Shown in pieces: positions 38,858 through 49,910 of a stretch of 64,000 nucleotides of DNA. The notes under the pieces were generated by a model. The model was not told the DNA's origin, did no database searches, and was given only the letters and a program-made list of their open reading frames with translations. The first letter of the stretch is position 1. The number at the start of each line of letters is the position of its first letter. The position numbers and the translations under genes were made by a program. The stretch is taken from assembly GCA_963818475.1 (NCBI GenBank), contig CAWFSF010000005.1, forward strand, positions 96,001 to 160,000, read 5' to 3'. This DNA is from Nitrospirota bacterium. GTDB lineage: Bacteria; Nitrospirota; UBA9217.

Positions 38858-39121
38858 TCACGGAGCGGTATCGTTCGAAAGCCCTCCGGTTATCAGGAAC
38901 CGCTCCCGGATGATCCTCCGGAACCGCGGCGTGTAGATAAGCTCGAAGACATCATCCTTGCCCGGGAAAAGGTTCCGCGCAGCCTGCCGCGTGCTCTTCA
39001 GGATCTCGAAGGCCTCCGGCAGCGTCAGGTCCGCCTGCTGCATGAGTATTGCCTGGTTGAGGTCCACGACAAACCGCAGCATCCGCAGTCTTCTTTCTTC
39101 TTCCTGCAATGCCTCGTTCAT
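38858..39121 (-). CDS. Hypothetical protein
   Basis: 87-aa ORF with RBS; LFPGKDDVFELIYTPRFRR motif. Confidence 0.7.
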   Translation of the reverse strand: MNEALQEEERRLRMLRFVVDLNQAILMQQADLTLPEAFEILKSTRQAARNLFPGKDDVFELIYTPRFRRIIRERFLITGGLSNDTAP

Positions 39122-39265
39122 ATGCCATCCTTGAAAATGCCGTATCCGTCTGGGGTATGATACGTCTGTGGTATTCTTTTTTCAAGAGCTGAGGCAGCAA
39201 ATAAAGAAGGAGAGATCCGGTGCGCAGTGGATTGTCAGGCCGCACGGCATGCCGCAAGGTCCTTG

Positions 39266-40181
39266 CTAGAGTTCGACGATCCTCGTGCTGATCTCGATCG
39301 CCGCTTCGGCGCCCTGACCTGCGGAGATGATCGCCTGGGAGTGGCCGTGGCGGAGAGCGCCCAGGACAAAGAGGCCGGGGATGCTCGACTCGCCGGAGCC
39401 CTTGGTCACGATCTTGAACCCCTCGGCGTCGCGCTCCAGGGGGAGGCCATCGAGGTACTCGTCGTTGAGGGAGATCCCGCCCCACCCCAGGATGACCTCG
39501 CAGGGGATGATGCGGCCGTCGCTGAGCCGCACCCCCTCGAGAGTCTTCTCGCCGAGCAGCTCTTCCGGCCGTCCCTCGACCAGGCCGATCCCCTCCTCCT
39601 CGAGGAGCGCGGCGTATCGCGGCGCCAGGGAGAAGCCGTGGGCGAGGAAGGTCACGTCGTTGGTGAACATCCGCTTCATGCCGATGCTCGTGCGCACCCC
39701 GTTTACGGTGCGGTCGATGACGAGCAGCTTCCTGCCGGTGGTGCGGTAGCCATCGCAGATCATGCAGGTGTAGTAGGAGATGCCGAAGAAGCGATAAAGG
39801 TTCTTGAAGGGGGCGAGGGTCTCCTTGGCGCCGGAGGCGGCGATGACGAAGCGGGTAGCGGTAGGTCTTTCCCCCGGCCAGCACCTCGAAGTGCCCCTCC
39901 CTGCCCGAGACTCGCTCCACCCTGGCGTTCTCGACAGCAACGCCGAAGCTTTTTGCCTGGGCAAGGCCGGTTTCCAGGAGATCCGGGCCTGAGACGACAG
40001 GAAGGCCGAGGTAGTTCTCGATGTGTTTCGCGTGGTAGGTCCGCCCCCCGGGGGTGTGGAACAGCAGGACGCGGAAGTTGTACCGGCCGAGGTGGATGCA
40101 GGCCTGCAGGCCTCCCGGGCCCGCGCCGATGACGATACAGTCAAGACGTGTCTCGCCGCCTAAGCCGCCCGTTTGCTCCAT
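39266..40181 (-). CDS. Thioredoxin reductase-like FAD oxidoreductase (frameshift near 39860)
   Basis: IGAGPGG and CMICDG; paralog of 54378-55325. Confidence 0.85.
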
Positions 40182-40451
40182 CGCCTATCCCCCTGTAACC
40201 TGAGGAAAATCATAACAGGTAAGATTTTAAGGTCTTTAAGGTTTATATCCGCCTAAGAACTCAAGATCTGACTGCTGTTATAATAGCTCAGCGCGAAATG
40301 TTTGGCAATCGCCCGCCGGATATAAACTGGAGTACGGAGCTGCCCGAAGGGGACAAAGAGCGCCGGGATCGAGGTCCCTACCCCTCGCCCAAGTCCGAGG
40401 TCGCGGTGCATAAGGTCGTCAAGACGATCATGTTTTAACGCTGTCGGTTAT

Positions 40452-41984
40452 CTAATTTCTGGAGGCGGTAAGCATCGGCGCGGCCAAATGCGCACCACGT
40501 GTTGTACCGTCGCCACTGCCCTTTTTTTGTTCATCTATTTTAAAAAACAAGACGGTTGACTGAAGGTGGGCAGCCTGAGACGAAAGGCTTTCCGCCGTCG
40601 ATGCCATCTCCTCAGAAGCGCCGGCATTTTGTTGAATCACCTTGTCGAGCTCCTGAACCGTCTTGTTGATCTGCTCCGCGCCGGAATTTTGTTCAGCGCT
40701 TGCACTGCTGATCTCCGTTACCATCTCCGCTGTCTTTTGGATATCGGATACGATCGTGTCAAGCAATTGACCTGCGTGCTCGGCTACGCTGACACTGGTC
40801 AGAGAAAGGTTGTTGATTTCACCGGCAGCAGCCTGGCTTCGCTCCGCGAGCTTCCTGACTTCCGCTGCCACCACGGCAAAACCACGCCCATGCTCTCCGG
40901 CACGCGCGGCCTCGATCGCGGCGTTCAAGGCGAGCAGGTTCGTTTGCCGTGCAATTTCCCCGATAAATGAGACTTTCCCCGCTATTTCCTTCATCGCGAT
41001 GACCGTTTCATGAACGGCCCTGCCACCCTCTTTCGCGTTTTCAGCCGCGATCAAAGCTGTCTTCTCGGTCTGCTGCGCCGTATTCGCATTTCCCCGGATA
41101 TTTGCCACCATCTCCTCCATGGAAGAGGACACCTCTTCAACGGAGGAAGCCTGTTCGGCAGCACCGCGCGACACTACGTCCGAGCCGGACGCAATTTGCT
41201 CTGCGTGTGCTGCAGTTCCCTCGGCACTTTCCCGGATTTTCCCGATCAGGCCCCTGAGATCAATGATCATTTTATTGATCATCCCTCCCAGTTCCCCGAG
41301 TTCATCCCGCGACCGGACGGGAATCTCCTTTGTCAGATCTCCGGCCGCCACCCGTCTTACCACATTCACGGCTGACGCCGCGGGCAGGACCACCATTCTG
41401 CGAACCATGATATAGATCGTTCCCGCCACCAACAGTATGATCCCTGCACTCGTCCCGATAAGCATTCCAATTATTCTGTTCGTTTCCTGATCGACCGCCT
41501 GCCGGGAAAACCCCATGGTGATCGTGCCCAACTTTTTCCCATCCACCTCAACGTCGCTCGTTACGGTCATTACATCACGTGCCTTGGAGACCTTTTCCGC
41601 GAGCATCCGGACATCCTCGCTTTTCTCCGATTTGAGCAGTTCCGCCGTCTCCTTCTCGTTGAAGCTCGCGACTGCGCTCGAGAGTATCTGGCCGGAGGTA
41701 TCTGAGACGTAGGTGAACACCATCTCCCGAGCCGCGGCAGCCTCCGCGATCAGACTGTCTATTGCCATCGCGTCTTTGAACAGCATCGGCTCAGCGAGAT
41801 TCTTCCCGAGAAAGAAGCCGAGCTCATGACCGCGGGCGTCGAGAGTGCGCACCTGCATCTCGTAAAGATTCCGGGCAATATACGTCGAACTGAGGATCAT
41901 AATGATCGTGATGACAAAAGCCATCGCCAGCACAAGCTTATTGCCGATACTTTCCCCGATCTTATCTTCCAGCGATCTTTTCAT
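40452..41984 (-). CDS. Methyl-accepting chemotaxis protein
   Basis: 2 [36 protein letters not shown]. Confidence 0.95.
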   Translation of the reverse strand: MKRSLEDKIGESIGNKLVLAMAFVITIIMILSSTYIARNLYEMQVRTLDARGHELGFFLGKNLAEPMLFKDAMAIDSLIAEAAAAREMVFTYVSDTSGQILSSAVASFNEKETAELLKSEKSEDVRMLAEKVSKARDVMTVTSDVEVDGKKLGTITMGFSRQAVDQETNRIIGMLIGTSAGIILLVAGTIYIMVRRMVVLPAASAVNVVRRVAAGDLTKEIPVRSRDELGELGGMINKMIIDLRGLIGKIRESAEGTAAHAEQIASGSDVVSRGAAEQASSVEEVSSSMEEMVANIRGNANTAQQTEKTALIAAENAKEGGRAVHETVIAMKEIAGKVSFIGEIARQTNLLALNAAIEAARAGEHGRGFAVVAAEVRKLAERSQAAAGEINNLSLTSVSVAEHAGQLLDTIVSDIQKTAEMVTEISSASAEQNSGAEQINKTVQELDKVIQQNAGASEEMASTAESLSSQAAHLQSTVLFFKIDEQKKGSGDGTTRGAHLAAPMLTASRN

Positions 41985-42074
41985 CAATCCCCTTCCGCGA
42001 AGCATTCAGCCGTTTGCCCCCGTCTTACCTTGCCATACCCACTCCCCACTCGGCCGCTCTCGCCCTGGCGGCGC

Positions 42075-43304
42075 TTAAAACCCCGCCTGAAGCATTGCAG
42101 TAACGGTCTTGAAGTCCTGAGATGCGGCATTTCCCTCATCTTTAAAATCGGTAACGGCATATTGAAGCGTAAGCCTGAGATTCTGACCCTTCATCAAGTA
42201 GTTGAGTCCGCCTGCCATCCAGTCGATGTGCTGGTCATATACATCGCTCAACACGGCAAAATCCCATCGTTCATAACGCACAAAAGGCTGGAGCTGGCCT
42301 GGTCCGATCTTCTCAATGAACAGGTACCCCGCCTTGGCATACCATCCTTTTTTGTCACCGTCAACCCCGAGGCTTTCAGGGTCGGGGTCGCTCCCTTGAT
42401 AAGCGTCATTGAAGCTGGTGCGGACATAAGCGCCGGACAGCGTGACCGAGCCGACATCGCTTACCGGATATTCAAAAAAGGCATCCGCTGTCCAGGCGGA
42501 GTAGTTTTTCTCGCCGGTCTTGTTCGTCACATCGCTGAAGACGGCGCCAGGCTCATATTGGGCAGCGGCGCCGACGGTGAAGATCATCTTATCGCCCAGG
42601 TAGGTGCCGCTGTAGCCGTAGGCATCCTCTGGATCAAGCAAAGCAAGATGCACCCGCCCCGTATAGCGGGGGGAGCTCTCAGGAGCATTCGCCGATTCCT
42701 GACCCTCCTGGACAGCTGCAAAATACTGGAGCTTCGCGTTAGCAAAATTTCCCCAGGCCACGATGCCCGTGTCCCTGGTCCTCGCCACGGGCGTTCCGAT
42801 AAAGACGGAACGGTCAAGCGTCAGGGGGCTGAAACAAGCATCCAATACCTCACGGGTAAAGGGTATCTTGGATTTTCCTACCAGAAGATGAAAAGAATCA
42901 TCAAGATCAGCCGTTATGTATGATTCAAGCACTTCGAAAACGTCTACCGGTTCCTGAGCTACATCCACGGGACCGATACGGCGCGGGCCCGACTGCTCGA
43001 TCTTGAGGGAGTAACCAACTACGTCGGATGCCTGCCCTGTTATGGAAAGACGGTTGCGCCGGAAATAAAAATCTGTTGTCGGTTTCGTGCCGTCCAGGCC
43101 GGACCCCGTATCGCGCCACTCGCCATAGAACTGCGTCTGATAGTTGAGGCGCATGAATGCAATATCACTCAGTTTAATCGTTGCGCCTTCAGGCGGCAGG
43201 CAAGGTTCCTTCGATTCAGCGGCACAGGGCCGCTGCAGCACGAGCAGAAGGAGAATAAAACCGCTGAACACGGTCAGCGTAGTTTTTCGTATTGCGGGTA
43301 TCAT
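42075..43304 (-). CDS. ExtI-like porin (OprO/OprP-related)
   Basis: TDFYFRRNRL, PFTREVLDACF.PLTLDRS and RDTGIVAWGN; adjacent to ExtH-like gene. Confidence 0.75.
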   Translation of the reverse strand: MIPAIRKTTLTVFSGFILLLLVLQRPCAAESKEPCLPPEGATIKLSDIAFMRLNYQTQFYGEWRDTGSGLDGTKPTTDFYFRRNRLSITGQASDVVGYSLKIEQSGPRRIGPVDVAQEPVDVFEVLESYITADLDDSFHLLVGKSKIPFTREVLDACFSPLTLDRSVFIGTPVARTRDTGIVAWGNFANAKLQYFAAVQEGQESANAPESSPRYTGRVHLALLDPEDAYGYSGTYLGDKMIFTVGAAAQYEPGAVFSDVTNKTGEKNYSAWTADAFFEYPVSDVGSVTLSGAYVRTSFNDAYQGSDPDPESLGVDGDKKGWYAKAGYLFIEKIGPGQLQPFVRYERWDFAVLSDVYDQHIDWMAGGLNYLMKGQNLRLTLQYAVTDFKDEGNAASQDFKTVTAMLQAGF

Positions 43305-43360
43305 AATGCCTCCTCATTGCCGGTCAAAAGTGTTATGCTCCGCATTAAATACTAGTTACA

Positions 43361-44959
43361 TCAGCATCCAGCGGGAACTGAATTCGAACCTCCGCCGGAC
43401 CTGCCTCCGCCCGAGTTCATGTACGCCTTATCCTCTATCTCGATCCGGTTTACGTCAGTATCATACGAGTTCGGCGTATTGGTGCAGGAGGTTGTGCCGC
43501 CGTTTGAGTTCGTGGTCAAACCGTTTGCGAGAAATGTTGCTGAACACGCGCTTCCGTCGGTTGTCAGCTGCTCTACAGCCTTTCTCGCGAACGCGGTAAA
43601 GGACCAGGTATCGTTAAGGACATGACCTGTCCCTTCTGCGAACGTAACAGACACTCCATTAGCCAGGGGTTGGGGAACACCAGGCGTTATGGCAACACCT
43701 GTTTTCGATGTGGTCGTCCCACTGATGATCCAGCTGAACGTATCCGGAACCCCTTCCGAATCTATGTTCACAATGAATGTGGAATTTGTGGCGCCTGTGA
43801 ACGTGCCGCTCGTCGTTAAATTCAGGCTAGCGGTAGTAGTGACCGCGCTGAAGGGCACTGATTCGTAGTTATAAACAACCAGGTCGCTTCGGGTCGGCAG
43901 ATCCGTTCTCCACGGTGAATTCGGATTGAGCATGCCTTTCATGTTCGGATTTCCCGACAGTTGACCCCATTGTTGCCAGGAACCGTCATACACGGCAGCA
44001 GGCCAACCGAGAATTCCATCAAGAATAAAAAAAGTTACTGAGCTGGCAGCGCCCTTTACACAGTAAAGGTAGGCCGTTTTTGTGCTGTCCAGACCGATAC
44101 TCGTGTTCGTGAAAGCTGTAATCAGTTCATCAACCGTCTTAAATGTGTTGCTGGATGATGAATAGAGGGTGCTTCCCGCAAGTGCCTTGGCGCCCTTTAT
44201 CCGTCCTTCGAATACCGTGAAGTCTCCGGTTGGATTAAATACACTCGACGTAGAACCGCGAACGCCGGCATAGGATCCGGCTGAAGCAGCACTTCTCACG
44301 TCTATGACAACGGCTTCAGGCGCTCTTCCATCAGTGTAGTCTATCATCTCGGCCAGCGAGACCCTCAGATCATCCCGCAAGACGCCGTTATTTTTTACGC
44401 TGTAAGTAGAGCGGGCGACACCAGTGGGGAATTCGGCGATTAACCCATAATCAGTTTTCCAACCTGTGTTCAAGCCGTCCAGCAGTTTCAGCCGGCTTTT
44501 AGGAAATCCCCAATATCTAAAAGTGGCATAGGCCCGTGTGGGGTGAGTGAGAGAGGTTGATGTAAATACTATTGTCGTATTTCCATCGATGCCGTACTTC
44601 TGAATGAGCTCGTCCATTTTCGATCCATCCAGAACTTCGTAGGTTGATGCCCCGACGCCTTCGTTTCGGTTCTGTCCGATGTCCCCGGAATCGACAAACA
44701 GAGCCCCTGGGATATGGCCCTGGGTGTACGTGCCGTAACTGGTAAGATCGAGAATGACCACTCTGTCATAGCCCGTACTGTTTACCTTTCCTTCATCTAT
44801 CCAGGCCTTCAATGTTGACGCAGAGATCAGCGCAGAACCTGTTTGCGTAGTCGATGGTTTTTCATAATCACCGCTGCCGCCGCAACTTACGAAAAAAATC
44901 GCTGCAATGAACACGGCCAGGATAGAGACCGTTATCAATATTTTCCGTTTATTATTCAT
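43361..44959 (-). CDS. ExtH-like multi-rhodanese lipoprotein
   Basis: Lipobox VSC; GHIPGA, FRYWGFPK.RLKLLDG and YDGSWQQWG; C-terminal PAGC. Confidence 0.75.
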   Translation of the reverse strand: MNNKRKILITVSILAVFIAAIFFVSCGGSGDYEKPSTTQTGSALISASTLKAWIDEGKVNSTGYDRVVILDLTSYGTYTQGHIPGALFVDSGDIGQNRNEGVGASTYEVLDGSKMDELIQKYGIDGNTTIVFTSTSLTHPTRAYATFRYWGFPKSRLKLLDGLNTGWKTDYGLIAEFPTGVARSTYSVKNNGVLRDDLRVSLAEMIDYTDGRAPEAVVIDVRSAASAGSYAGVRGSTSSVFNPTGDFTVFEGRIKGAKALAGSTLYSSSSNTFKTVDELITAFTNTSIGLDSTKTAYLYCVKGAASSVTFFILDGILGWPAAVYDGSWQQWGQLSGNPNMKGMLNPNSPWRTDLPTRSDLVVYNYESVPFSAVTTTASLNLTTSGTFTGATNSTFIVNIDSEGVPDTFSWIISGTTTSKTGVAITPGVPQPLANGVSVTFAEGTGHVLNDTWSFTAFARKAVEQLTTDGSACSATFLANGLTTNSNGGTTSCTNTPNSYDTDVNRIEIEDKAYMNSGGGRSGGGSNSVPAGC

Positions 44960-44986
44960 GATCGATGCCTCCCCCCTAGAGCTCAA

Positions 44987-45481
44987 TTACTTCTTTTCGA
45001 GCGGATATCCGGCTTCTTTCCACGCCTTCAGGCCGCCTTTCATATATACGGCATTGGAATAACCGATCTCGTTCATTGATTTTGCTGCGATCGGGGCTTT
45101 TGTATCGAATTCGCAGTACACAATGATCTTGGTCGATTTATTCGGCACCAGCTTATGCAAGTGATGCTCCAGAATACGGGGAGAAAGGCCGACGACACGG
45201 GACATATTCTGTGCGCCCCGGATATGATCCACGGTAAATTCTTTCATGTCTCTGATATCGAGAAGCATGATGTTGTCACTTTTGACATCCCGCTCGGCTA
45301 TTTCTTTTACTTCTTGAATGGAGATGCTTTTAGCCGCTGCTCGTGCCTCTTCCAGGAGCTGATCCGTCGTTTTCTCTGCAGTCCAACCCTTCGCAGCTCC
45401 TGACAACATCAGGATAAGGACAAGTATGATTTTCGAACTTTCCACAATACGCTTCCGGCCCGGTTCGCGATCTAAATGCAT
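44987..45481 (-). CDS. Exported single-domain rhodanese
   Basis: LDIRD, HIRGA, VYCEFD and MKGGLKAW motifs. Confidence 0.85.
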   Translation of the reverse strand: MHLDREPGRKRIVESSKIILVLILMLSGAAKGWTAEKTTDQLLEEARAAAKSISIQEVKEIAERDVKSDNIMLLDIRDMKEFTVDHIRGAQNMSRVVGLSPRILEHHLHKLVPNKSTKIIVYCEFDTKAPIAAKSMNEIGYSNAVYMKGGLKAWKEAGYPLEKK

Positions 45482-45679
45482 GACGTTCCCCCTTTAACTC
45501 AAGCTGATTGAAAATCTTCCAAAATTATATTTACCCGGAAGCTCAAAACTGATCTTCCGAGAGCAGTGTCAAGTGCTCTAGCGTTCCCTTGAGAAATAAA
45601 ACGGTCGTTACCACTAACAAGATACGCCTTATTCCTGCAGGCGATTCGAAAAGAACGGGACAATGCTTCAAAAAAAGCA

Positions 45680-45703
45680 GGGGATCTCCTTGCAGAGATC
45701 CCC
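45680..45703 (-). terminator. Intrinsic terminator-like hairpin
   Basis: ggggatctc-cttgca-gagatcccc followed by a T-run on minus strand. Confidence 0.65.
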
Positions 45704-45715
45704 TTTTGATGGTTT

Positions 45716-46276
45716 TTACTTCTCGAGCGGATATCCTCCGCCATATATTAATTGAGCAGCAGCCTTGCTTGAATAAACCTTCATCGAAGTAGCCCCGTTC
45801 CAGGACATCATCCCGAAACGGAGAGCAAATGCATCATAGCCCAACAGGTTAAGAACAGCGGTGGTCATTGACGCCGTCTGTCCGGTATAGCAAACAGCGA
45901 GAATCGGTTTATCCGTAGGATAGAGGACAAGGTTCTCAGGTTTTGCGATCACCGCGAAGGGAACATTGACGGCACCCGGGATGTGGCCGATGTTATAATC
46001 TGCCGCTGACCGAATATCGAGAACAAAGAAATCGCTCAGGTCATCATAAGGATTTGCGGAATCGTTGATTCCATCCGTAAATGTCGAGGCAAAAATGGTG
46101 CGTCCGGGACCGCTGAAAAAATCATCTGCGCGCTTCGCTGCCATCGCAAATTGTCCCGGCGGTAGCGGTGCAGCTGATGTAACTGCGCTGGCAATCTCGC
46201 CGACTTCTTCATCTGCAAAAACAGGTGCCGCAAAAGCAAACATCGATACGAGTAACAGAGCTGAAATCTTTTTCAT
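45716..46276 (-). CDS. Exported rhodanese, copy A
   Basis: Signal peptide; LDIRS, GHIPGA and VCYTGQTAS. Confidence 0.88.
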   Translation of the reverse strand: MKKISALLLVSMFAFAAPVFADEEVGEIASAVTSAAPLPPGQFAMAAKRADDFFSGPGRTIFASTFTDGINDSANPYDDLSDFFVLDIRSAADYNIGHIPGAVNVPFAVIAKPENLVLYPTDKPILAVCYTGQTASMTTAVLNLLGYDAFALRFGMMSWNGATSMKVYSSKAAAQLIYGGGYPLEK

Positions 46277-46353
46277 GATGTCCCTCCCATTTTTTACGAT
46301 TTTTTTTCGGCCGCTTCTTCCTTACTTAAAACCCTCCTTTCCAAGGGTAAGCA

Positions 46354-46408
46354 TAAAGTACTACAAAAGTATAGTGAAGAGCTTATCTACATTTGTAATT
46401 TTTGTCAA
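46354..46408 (-). promoter_or_regulatory. Promoter plus conserved downstream motif shared with rhodanese copy B
   Basis: TTGACA-N17-TAAGCT then ATACTTTTGTAGTACTTTA; counterpart at 58039-58090. Confidence 0.65.
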
Positions 46409-46865
46409 ATACTTTTTAGTACTCAGGATATCATTGTTATTATTGACATAATTCAGACGTTAGTCGACAGATAGTGTTAGTTATTGTGCTGGCGTGTGGT
46501 CTGGAAGGGCTAGCGTTCAAGGGGAATGAGCGGATAAAAGCATGACATGATCGAGTTCTGCGGCAAGGGAAGGAGAACCAACCTGCTTGGTGGCCTGTGA
46601 CCGTGCCCTGCGGTGTTCGAGCGCTTAATAAACAGCGCGCGATGTCACTGCTGCAACGATCAGTGCCCGTTTCCCGGCGAATACTTTTAGTTGCAGTCAT
46701 GAATTTCTTCTATTTCCAATCCGCTGACCGTGGTGATTCATATCACATCTCATTTGTTGGATTTATGCTTTACTATAATCCTTAGGTCGCAGAATCAGAT
46801 CAGAAAGGAGGTTGGTCGGGCCATACAGGGGAGGTTGTTCTGGAAGGTTACTTTTTATTAATAGG

Positions 46866-46935
46866 GCGGCTATGAAACCACCCGGCCGATATGGGCGCCA
46901 GGGTAGGTGGTGGAGCCAGTGGCGCAACCAGCCGA
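46866..46935 (+). ncRNA. c-di-GMP-II riboswitch
   Basis: GAAAC...TGGGCGCC...TGGAGCCAGTGGCGCAACC; GCGCC/GGCGC pseudoknot; cggct/agccg P1; ends ~26 nt before ATG. Confidence 0.7.
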
Positions 46936-46961
46936 CTTACTACGCAGTAAGGAGGCCGCAA

Positions 46962-47816
46962 ATGAAGAATCCGTTAAAGGTAATCCTGTTAGTTTTTTTC
47001 GTAGCTGCATCACTTGACCCAGTTCCTGCCTTTGCGACCAAGCCTGGTCAAATCGTGAACCCCAATGGATTCCCGTTCGGGGAGCACTATAATCTCAACA
47101 TCATCGCGAAGAAAGACGGGTTTGCCTGCGAACAGCAGGTTGACGAGTATGGGAACCCGGTTTACGGCAACGTTGTTTTCGTGCCGTTGAACGGAAACAA
47201 CATCAAGATCGAGATGCAGTCTGGTACGGGAAAGAAAGCGGCCGATATCACGAATTTGCAAGCGATTGACCCCTGCACGGCAAGCATGGACGGAGACGCT
47301 GCTCTCATCCAGATCCCGAAGAACGATCTCGGGTACCGGGTATACGCCAGGGCGCTGGCAACACCGACGGACGAGCCGTCGATGCAGATCGCGGGCGGTC
47401 TCGTCGCGGCTGTTGACGAATACGGCAACGACCTTGTTTATCTCGGCCTGGTCACCAGCACCGGCTTCGAGACGCCCTATGGTTCGTTCTCAAGAACGAA
47501 GGGGCAGTCGCGCGCACAGGATATTACCGGTTTGTTCGAATGGAGCGGGAGCGTCTGCTACGTCTCCGCGGCCGATTGCACCGACTCGTGCACAACAACG
47601 AACCTGTGCTGCACGCCCGGCGCTGTTGCAGGCACCTATGACAGCTGCGCGCCGAAAGTGGACCTCTGTTCCCTGGGCACCGTCGATGTAACCGCTGCGT
47701 GCAGGACCTACACGCATGAGTGGATCTTCAATATAGCCGATTTTGTCACCTATCTCTGGGATATCGATAACAGCGGAGTAAAAAATCTGCAGGTCCGTTT
47801 CTATCCGAATAAGTAA
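46962..47816 (+). CDS. Secreted Cys-rich hypothetical protein
   Basis: AGGAGG RBS; signal peptide; NGFPFGEHYNLNI; Cys-rich insert; LQVRFYP end. Confidence 0.8.
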   Translation: MKNPLKVILLVFFVAASLDPVPAFATKPGQIVNPNGFPFGEHYNLNIIAKKDGFACEQQVDEYGNPVYGNVVFVPLNGNNIKIEMQSGTGKKAADITNLQAIDPCTASMDGDAALIQIPKNDLGYRVYARALATPTDEPSMQIAGGLVAAVDEYGNDLVYLGLVTSTGFETPYGSFSRTKGQSRAQDITGLFEWSGSVCYVSAADCTDSCTTTNLCCTPGAVAGTYDSCAPKVDLCSLGTVDVTAACRTYTHEWIFNIADFVTYLWDIDNSGVKNLQVRFYPNK

Positions 47817-47826
47817 CGGTCATCCT

Positions 47827-47853
47827 GGGGAGGCGCCTGCGCCTCCCCTTTTT
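47827..47853 (+). terminator. Intrinsic terminator
   Basis: ggggaggcg...cgcctcccc followed by ttttt. Confidence 0.8.
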
Positions 47854-47857
47854 CCAA

Positions 47858-49054
47858 TCAAAAACCTTTAACACGCGATCTGTTAGGCTTCTCCTTACCC
47901 GCATCAGCGTCCTGCCCTTTCATCTCCAGGCGATAGATGCCGCCTCGGGCGTGATCCGCGATGTACAGCTCTCCGTCCTCGTCCTCTCCAAAGGTGGAGA
48001 TCGAAAGTTTCGTGCGCGCAAGCTCCTGCGCAAGCCACTGTTCCCCGCTTCTCTTCATGCCCCAGACCCGTCCGGAGCAATAATCGCCGTAGAGGTAGAT
48101 GCCGTTGAGCAGCGGGAACGTCCTGCCGCGATAGACCATGCCGCCGGTCACGGAACAGCCCGCGTCATGATCGTACTCGGCAACAGGCAGGACCAGGCCG
48201 GAGGTGGCGCAGGTCTTCGCTCTGAAGCAGTGCATGCCTTCCATGATGTTCCATCCGTAGTTCTCGCCGCCTCTGCTCGATGCAGGCTGGACATTCACTT
48301 CCTCGTACGTGTTCTGGCCCACGTCGGCAATAAAGAGATCGCCGGTCTTCCGGTCAAAAGAAAAACGCCAGGGATTCCGCAGGCCGAACGCCCAGATCTC
48401 CGGACGTGCGCCCTTCTTCCCTACGAAGAGATTGGAGGTCGGAACGCCATAGGGCTTCACGTTTGATTCAACGTCGATCCGGAGCAGCTTGCCCAATAAC
48501 GTGTCAAGCTTCTGTCCGTTCCCGTAAGGATCGCCCGCTGACCCGCCGTCGCCCATGCCGATATAGAGGTAGCCGTCCGGGCCGAACGCAAGCTGTCCGC
48601 CGTTGTGATTGGCGAAGGGCTGCTTGACCATCAGGATCACTTCTTCACTCGCTGCATCCGCCCGGTCCGGGTCCTTCGTGGTACGGAACCGTGCGACCAC
48701 GGTGTCTCCCTCCCTGTTCGTATAGTTCACATAGAAGCGGCCTTGCTCCGAATAACCGGGAGGAAAGGCCACGCTCAGCAAGCCCCGTTCTCCGCAGCAC
48801 TTCACGCGCCCGCGGATGTCGAGGAAGGGTCCCTTGAGCTGAACGCCGTCCCGGACGATCACGATCCTTCCGGCCTGCTCGGTGATGAACAGCCTCCTGC
48901 TCCCGTCATTGGCATGGGTGATGGAGGTGGGGTTCTCAACGGATGCGATCTTCTTCCCCGGTGCAAGAGCGGGCCAGGAAAGTGCTGCAGCCAGGGAAAA
49001 AGATGGAACAAAAAGAAGCATAAGAGCGGATGCGACAACGGGATGCCGGCGCAT
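47858..49054 (-). CDS. PQQ-dependent glucose/sorbosone dehydrogenase family protein
   Basis: ERGLLSVAF, NHNGGQLAFGPDG and GLRNPWRFSFD motifs. Confidence 0.92.
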   Translation of the reverse strand: MRRHPVVASALMLLFVPSFSLAAALSWPALAPGKKIASVENPTSITHANDGSRRLFITEQAGRIVIVRDGVQLKGPFLDIRGRVKCCGERGLLSVAFPPGYSEQGRFYVNYTNREGDTVVARFRTTKDPDRADAASEEVILMVKQPFANHNGGQLAFGPDGYLYIGMGDGGSAGDPYGNGQKLDTLLGKLLRIDVESNVKPYGVPTSNLFVGKKGARPEIWAFGLRNPWRFSFDRKTGDLFIADVGQNTYEEVNVQPASSRGGENYGWNIMEGMHCFRAKTCATSGLVLPVAEYDHDAGCSVTGGMVYRGRTFPLLNGIYLYGDYCSGRVWGMKRSGEQWLAQELARTKLSISTFGEDEDGELYIADHARGGIYRLEMKGQDADAGKEKPNRSRVKGF

Positions 49055-49131
49055 AGGAACCTCCATAAGGACTACCTGCTGGTAAGGATAACACGGCGAA
49101 GAACGGTAACGGAGCCCTGCGCTTCGATGCT

Positions 49132-49910
49132 CTAGAGCTTGTTCAGATACGCGATGAGGTCTTCCATCTCGTCCTCTGCGAGATAGGCAAAGGACGGCAT
49201 GCTCCCCATCGGCTGGCGGAGCTGGAAGCGGATGCTCTCGGCAGTGGCCGGATGCCCGCTCTTCGGAAGCGTTGGGTGCTTTCAGCAGGCCTTTGAGCCC
49301 CGGACCCACGATCGTTCGGTGCTCAAGGGATCGTGGCAGGCCGAGCACCGGGCAGCGAAGAGCGTTCCTGCCCCGCGCGATGCTCCGGCGGTCGGTCCTG
49401 ATCGCGGCCGCGCCCGGCACCGCCCATCCGCGCGATCGTCAGGAACGGACGCTCCAGCCGGTAGTAGACGCTCTTGTCCGCGGACCGGTCCTGGCCGAAA
49501 CGGGTCATGGTCAGGAAGTATCCGGCAGAGATGCCGATCATCACGATGCTCATGACCCCGATCACGATGCCGATGGTCTTTGCCTGCGCATAGAACTGGC
49601 GAAAGCGCCGGACGAACAGCACCTTGATGGCGAGGAGCGTCAGGATCGAAAGGGCGAGTACGATATGGACCACTGCGCGGGGAGAAGGTTCTGCCTTTGA
49701 TGCGGCCGCGAAGCCGGCGCACAGGTAGGAAACGAAGAGCAGGATCAGTACATACAGATAGCCGGAAAGCTTATGACGAAGTTTGACGCGCGTGACGTTT
49801 TCGGTAGCCGCACCGCCGAAGACCTGGAACATGCTGTACATGCCGTAGACAGCAGCCGCCAGGAGCAGGAGGGACAGGAGCGATTTTATGAAAAAGATGG
49901 TCATAGTCAT
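49132..49910 (-). CDS. Membrane-anchored c-type cytochrome (4 TM plus CxxCH), several frameshifts
   Basis: TM helices with His; FAARCSACH; VGPGLKG; MPSFAYL..DLIAYLNKL. Confidence 0.75.

Noticed and set aside
42075-46276. Selenocysteine recoding in the rhodanese/ExtHI-like cluster
   Set aside because: Active-site positions are Cys and I saw no in-frame TGA at catalytic sites.
47858-49420. 520-aa cytochrome-dehydrogenase fusion
   Set aside because: The cytochrome gene ends at 49132 and the dehydrogenase has its own RBS and signal peptide at 49054. The apparent fusion arises from indels.
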